Below are positions 59,901 through 64,000 of a DNA stretch of 64,000 nt, piece by piece; position 1 is the first letter of the stretch; the number at the start of each line of letters is the position of its first letter. The DNA comes from Amphiscolops sp. MND2022 (lineage: Eukaryota). A program made the position numbers and the translations under genes. Below the pieces are notes generated by a model. That model did not search any database. It worked only from the letters and a program-made list of their open reading frames with translations, and was not told where the DNA came from. Location of the stretch: positions 53,258,001 through 53,322,000 of the forward strand of contig OZ076412.1 in the NCBI GenBank assembly GCA_964187785.1, in the 5' to 3' direction.

Positions 59901-61740
59901 AGTAAAAGATCCAGTAATTTTTGAGAAAATCGACCCTACAGACTTTGAGCCTTCAAAAAGTTAAGAGGCTTAATATTTGGGACCCTTTAGAGTGCAACTT
60001 TGAGGCTATCCGTTTCTCCCAAATGATTGAAATGTTTTAAATGTGAATCACACGTTTTCAAAGAAAGTAGTCGACCAAAAATAGACTAAAATTAACGAAC
60101 TTCACGAGTAGAAATTTTAAAATCTTACTTCTTCCAGTTTCTCCTCCAGCTCACTCTTCTTAACTTTGGCAACAGAATTGATGGCTGGCCCGGAAGCCGA
60201 GTTTGAATTCTCGCACGCTTTATCGTTACCATTCACCATATTCTTTTTTGATTTCTTCTTCTTGTCGCCTAAATTGAATCACTTCGTACGAAACGAATTG
60301 GTATGATATTGGAAAGCATAAATGGGACGACAGCGAGGTCAAACTTCATATCAAATAAAATTGCAATCGAGTACTTCATTCCAAGATAACCCCCGAGATA
60401 AAATTCAAAGGCGGACTGTAGCGAAGTGGTCTTTCAAAACAAAAAAAGTACCGAATCTTACAAAAACAAGTTTGACACTGAACAACTTTTTCCCGGAAAA
60501 ATAAAATACACGAAAAGGGGTTCTCTCAGTACTGCGATGTATTAATTTATGTACTTATGTATTAATTTTTTTTTAAAAAAAAGCAAAAGTCTCGATCTAA
60601 GTTTTTGGTACTAACTTTCCGATTATTCTGAAAAATCTGAAAAATTAACCCCACTTTCTAGAGTATTACGCCAAGGTGGACTTTGGAAGGTTTTCACTTG
60701 TCCAAAATACTATTTCAGAGAGTTTTGCCAGTTTGAATCATCACTTATAATTTTATAAGATTTATAATTTCCAAACAACTCACTTGCAAGATATGTCCTG
60801 TCAACTCCATTGCGTTCAAAGGCTTGAGCTTCTTTCACACCATTTTTGCACAGAAAAAGATTGATAGTGTCTAATCGACTTTTCCTCTGTTCTACAACTT
60901 CTGATGACACTGCGAAGTCGGGTAGCGGCCCTGGTCCCCAAAAATGCTCAAAGCTAAGTTTCTGCAAGGAATATCTTTCGAAGAACTCCTCCTGTAAACC
61001 ATGAATAGCAATAAACTTTCATTTATTTCAACTAATTTTTATCATCGTAAGAAAATGAAAACTTACTTTGACGATGAATCTGCGACAGCTCAACTTGCAA
61101 CAAGTTCTCAGGAATGACTGACACTTAATTTTATTGAAAATTTCGCGGTCCCTCTGAATAGCATGGCAGTTGACAACAATTTCTGCCAGTCTGCCATCAA
61201 TTTTAATCACATATCGTAATTCTTCCGGGGGTGGCAGAGGCACAGGGGCAAACTTGTCCAACCTGAAGCGAATTTCATCCTATTTTGATTACGCAAAGTC
61301 GATTTAATTTTGAAATAACGCATAGAATATAACTAACTTCTGGTATGCCTGAACAGCAGGACATATTATTGCACGTATGACTCCAGTAGATCGTAAAAGA
61401 TCGCAAGAAACGTTTACTTCTTCGCCTATAAAAAACCTTTGACGGCAGAAGCTGAAGATATTGCTAGTCAGATCCGCAATACGAGAAGTATTGGACAGAC
61501 CAGCAAGTAGCAGGAGAGGGGCATGGAAATTCCTGAATAGAAAAAGGCAAAAAGTAATACAAGAAAAAAAACATTCGGAAGAATTTTTAAAGAACTCGAT
61601 ATTACCTTGGAAGAACTTCGAGTTCTTTGTACGCACTTTGTTCAGACTTCAGTGCTTCATAATACGTGAGGCCAGCTCGGTTAGTGACGCTGCATGACCA
61701 GACCATGCTGTTGCATAAGATACTTCGCTCGAAAAACTCA
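52327..61740 (-). CDS. BAZ1A: BAZ1A/ACF1-like bromodomain-adjacent-to-zinc-finger chromatin remodelling subunit; 12 exons, 5' exon not located
   Basis: WAC (EFFERSILCNSMVWSCSVTNRAGLTYYEALKSE), DDT (VLEFLHGFGDLL), WHIM1 (SIFNLTVDEKLKILNCLC), WSD/WHIM2-3 (PLGHDRVHRRYW; LNNRGLRESSL), two PHD fingers. All 11 GT-AG introns are phase-consistent, giving about 1236 aa. Confidence 0.9.
54140..54190 (+). repeat. 3'-end fragment of the HINE-like family in a BAZ1A intron
   Basis: actgtaatagtcggg plus hairpin attttcttacaaaat, as at ~45560 and ~61850. Confidence 0.5.
54235..54525 (-). CDS. BAZ1A: BAZ1A exon
   Basis: Open frame 54231-54533; GTAAGT donor. Confidence 0.75.
54799..54967 (-). CDS. BAZ1A: BAZ1A exon (WHIM1)
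   Basis: DEKLKILNCLCSELSVLKQELKE; GTAAGT donor. Confidence 0.85.
55042..55157 (-). CDS. BAZ1A: BAZ1A exon
   Basis: HDSPAVEFKLTNQRIINRLEYQSIFNLTV. Confidence 0.8.
55402..55603 (-). CDS. BAZ1A: BAZ1A exon
   Basis: HLGLPLTRIPINPYTLSEVLRLF; GTAAGT donor. Confidence 0.85.
57328..57579 (-). CDS. BAZ1A: BAZ1A exon (DDT domain)
   Basis: GDSLFCSLLCVLEFLHGFGDLLKLNEFLP. Confidence 0.85.
58227..58383 (-). CDS. BAZ1A: BAZ1A exon
   Basis: ARKQQEREEKRLKAEWMKKWNRIRDDLELEDHREMPEP; donor position less certain. Confidence 0.75.
59396..59855 (+). repeat. Dispersed ~470-bp repeat (copy 2), intronic
   Basis: Matches 50418-50912, with an extra internal ~45-bp unit. Confidence 0.75.
60129..60268 (-). CDS. BAZ1A: BAZ1A exon (Lys/Glu-rich)
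   Basis: DKKKKSKKN...ELEEKLEE; GTAAGA donor. Confidence 0.8.
60784..60991 (-). CDS. BAZ1A: BAZ1A exon
   Basis: EEFFERYSLQKLSFEHFWGPGPLPDF; GTGAGT donor. Confidence 0.85.
61067..61262 (-). CDS. BAZ1A: BAZ1A exon
   Basis: LDKFAPVPLPPPEELRY...RDREIFNKIKCQSFLR; GTAAGT donor. Confidence 0.85.
61338..61532 (-). CDS. BAZ1A: BAZ1A exon
   Basis: NFHAPLLLLAG...FCRQRFFIGEEV; AG and GTTAGT boundaries. Confidence 0.85.
61606..61740 (-). CDS. BAZ1A: BAZ1A exon (WAC domain)
   Basis: TTCCAG|TGAGTTTTTCGAG ... CCAAG|GTAATA. Confidence 0.9.
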
Positions 61741-61817
61741 CTGGAACAGAAATAAAATTGCAATAATAGATATCGCGGTGAATTTCGTTGTCTAGCATTT
61801 ATTTGTAGAATTCCTTC

Positions 61818-62365
61818 ATTTTTAGTCGGCGCATTTTAGTAGAAAATGTGCCCGACTATTACAGTGGGTAGTTTTTTTAGACACGAAAGGTCCACTTTTT
61901 TGTTCATTTGTTCAACAACCTCAAACCTCAACAACTTCAAACCTCAACAACTCCAACCTCAGAAGCGCGTCCAAAACGAAAAGAAAAAACAAAACAGACG
62001 TCCACAACCTCGAAATCACACTAAGGATCCCCCCTTTTTTCGGAACTATGCGACTTTTTGAAACTTTTTGGATTGAAATTTTTTCCCCAAAGGGTCCCCC
62101 CTTCAATTTTTTTTGATGTTTTGCAACACAATGGATGTCAAAAAATCGCAAAGGGTCCCCCCTTTTACATTTTTTGGCACTGTGACACTGTTCAAAAATC
62201 TCATTAAAAATTTTTTTTGGGAAATTTTTTCATGTCTCCAAAGGGTCCCCCCTTCAATTTTTTAAATTTTTTTTGCAACCAGCTGGTTTCACAAAGCCCG
62301 AAGGGTCCCCTTTTTAAATTTTGAGCCTTAGATATGTCGCCGACTTTGGCCGTTCTCGGCTTGTT
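61818..62365 (-). mobile_element. HINE-like repeat, second full copy
   Basis: Reverse-complement organisation of 45110-45605; hairpin CATTTT-CTACT-AAAATG before the GCGCCGACT terminus. Confidence 0.6.
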
Positions 62366-62539
62366 TCATCAACCAAGAGGTACGAAATCTTCATGCCTTT
62401 GAAATGTCAGAACTTTTCCTTTTTCTACACACGCGTAACATTGTGAAAATTTTGGAAAATAGTCACAAATTAGTAGACGGTTGTAGGCTTTTATGATGAG
62501 TCCTATATTGCTTTTATGAGGCATGATGTTACATCGAGC

Positions 62540-62900
62540 CTTTATTATTGTACGGTTGCGAGATGTGGACCCTAACGACTGCAGAAAAAAATTAACTGAT
62601 GGCCACTTAAAAGTGCTGAAAATTAGATGTCGACAAAGCGATTAACAAAGAAGTACTCCTTCGAGCCGGAACGAGGCGATGGATAATCCAGCAAAACGTC
62701 AAGATCACCTTTTCGGGTATGTGATTAGGAAGAAAAATTTGTTTAAAAAAGTAAATTCACGCGATGAAACTAATGAACCGATCTTCTTGTGGTTTCTACT
62801 TGATAAACTCAATAAAAAAAAGAGCTCTAGAAAAACTTTTCCAAGCGTGTTTATGTCTCTTTGGGAGCAGTAGTAAAAACATTCCTTTGGAAAAACATCG
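62540..62900 (+). mobile_element. RTE-like LINE 3' fragment
   Basis: LYGCEMWTLT and NKEVLLRAG..., FGYVIR motifs typical of RTE ORF C-termini. Confidence 0.5.
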
Positions 62901-64000
62901 AAAAACAAGATGACATCTAAATCATTCCAGGGGATATCGTCTGGGAGCCGCTTTTATCATCTAATGACTAAGATCCAATTTCAAACTAAATGCCATCACC
63001 TAATATTTGGCCGATGTCTGAGATTTAAGCTCCGCCTCTAAGACAAGTTTTTAAAAATCATATCGAAAATTAACCCTGATTGACCTGGTTGAATAAAAAA
63101 AATATCTCCACAACTACGCGTACCAGAGAAACGAACTGTAGCGCGTTTGAAAGGTCTGGTCTTGAGCTTTCATTTTGCTCATGTGAGCCCCTGTCACCGC
63201 GCGTCCCCTTCTCCAGAATTTTATTTTCTTTTTCCGGTACCGCCGCTTCACGGCAATTCCGCACTTCGGGGGCTTGTAGTAACAACAGGATATAATTGGG
63301 GTTTCTTTTACAAGGACTTGTCGTGAAAGGGTAAGGGGTTGCTTTTTTCTATTGTCAAAGACTTTTGAGAAAACTGGATTTCGCCAAAAACTGAATTTTG
63401 GAAATGTATAACCATTTTCTGTGCAAAAGAAAACATTTTCCCCAGATTTGAAGACACATTCACTTTTTTCCAATGCTTGTGCCATTCAAATCAATCTGCC
63501 AATGAACGGCTGAAACAAAACATTATCATCCAGTGTAAAGTGCATTTTCTGTAAAACGAGAGCGAACCGTATTCTAGTCAAATAGTGCACCGTGTTCAAC
63601 AACAGGATATTATTGGGGTTTCTTTTACAAGGACTTGTCGTGAAAGGGTAAGGGGTTGCTTTTTTCTATTGGTCAATTTCAATAGATCCAATTTCAAACA
63701 AAATGCGATCACCTAATATTTGGCCGAAGTCTGGGGTTTAAGCTCCGCCTCTAAGACAAGTTTTTAAAAAATCATATCGAAAATTAAAACGAAAGACAAG
63801 ATGATATGGAATAACTGCTCGGCCTTAGCAAGATGTCCACTGGTGGCCGCGAGTATGTGGAGGTGTGATCCAAAACTCAAAAAGCTTCCAGAATATGGAA
63901 AAGCCTACTCATTGATAATAAATATTACTTATTGATAAATTGAGTAAATTTACTTGAGTTCGTTCTAAATTTGAACACATTCATTTCTAGGTATTCCTAG

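Noticed and set aside
63114-63485. BAZ1A first exon (MAQALEK...ENVFFCTENGYTF resembles a WAC start)
   Set aside because: No GT donor of the required phase, and the sequence resembles a dispersed repeat also found at ~55755-55900; left unresolved rather than called.

Overview
AT-rich animal (eukaryotic) genomic DNA. Roughly the first 51 kb is nested transposable-element debris with no recognisable host gene: CRE-clade, CR1/L2-like and RTE-like non-LTR fragments, a decayed BEL/Pao element, Helentron-type and MITE-type repeats, and a ~182-bp tandem array. From 52.3 kb lies one spliced host gene on the minus strand, a BAZ1A/ACF1-like chromatin-remodelling subunit (12 phase-consistent exons, 5' end not found). 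The most striking object is a complete 16.2-kb Ty3/Gypsy LTR retrotransposon (7717-23911; 1.87-kb LTRs about 97% identical by hand count; CATCT target-site duplication) with an unusual layout. Gag starts about 195 codons inside the LTR and reads through the primer-binding site. After pol, on the opposite strand, the element carries a ~1300-codon, three-intron gene derived from a hAT DNA-transposase, with the zinc finger retained and the catalytic residues apparently lost. Head-to-head with it is a sense accessory ORF with a PML-like phospho-SUMO-interacting motif that runs into U3, and there is no canonical polypurine tract. A second, non-autonomous LTR element (24062-29094) 150 bp downstream has no gag/pol but also has an ORF reading across its PPT into U3. 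All assignments come from manual translation and motif recognition; no database searches were run, and boundaries of old fragments are approximate.
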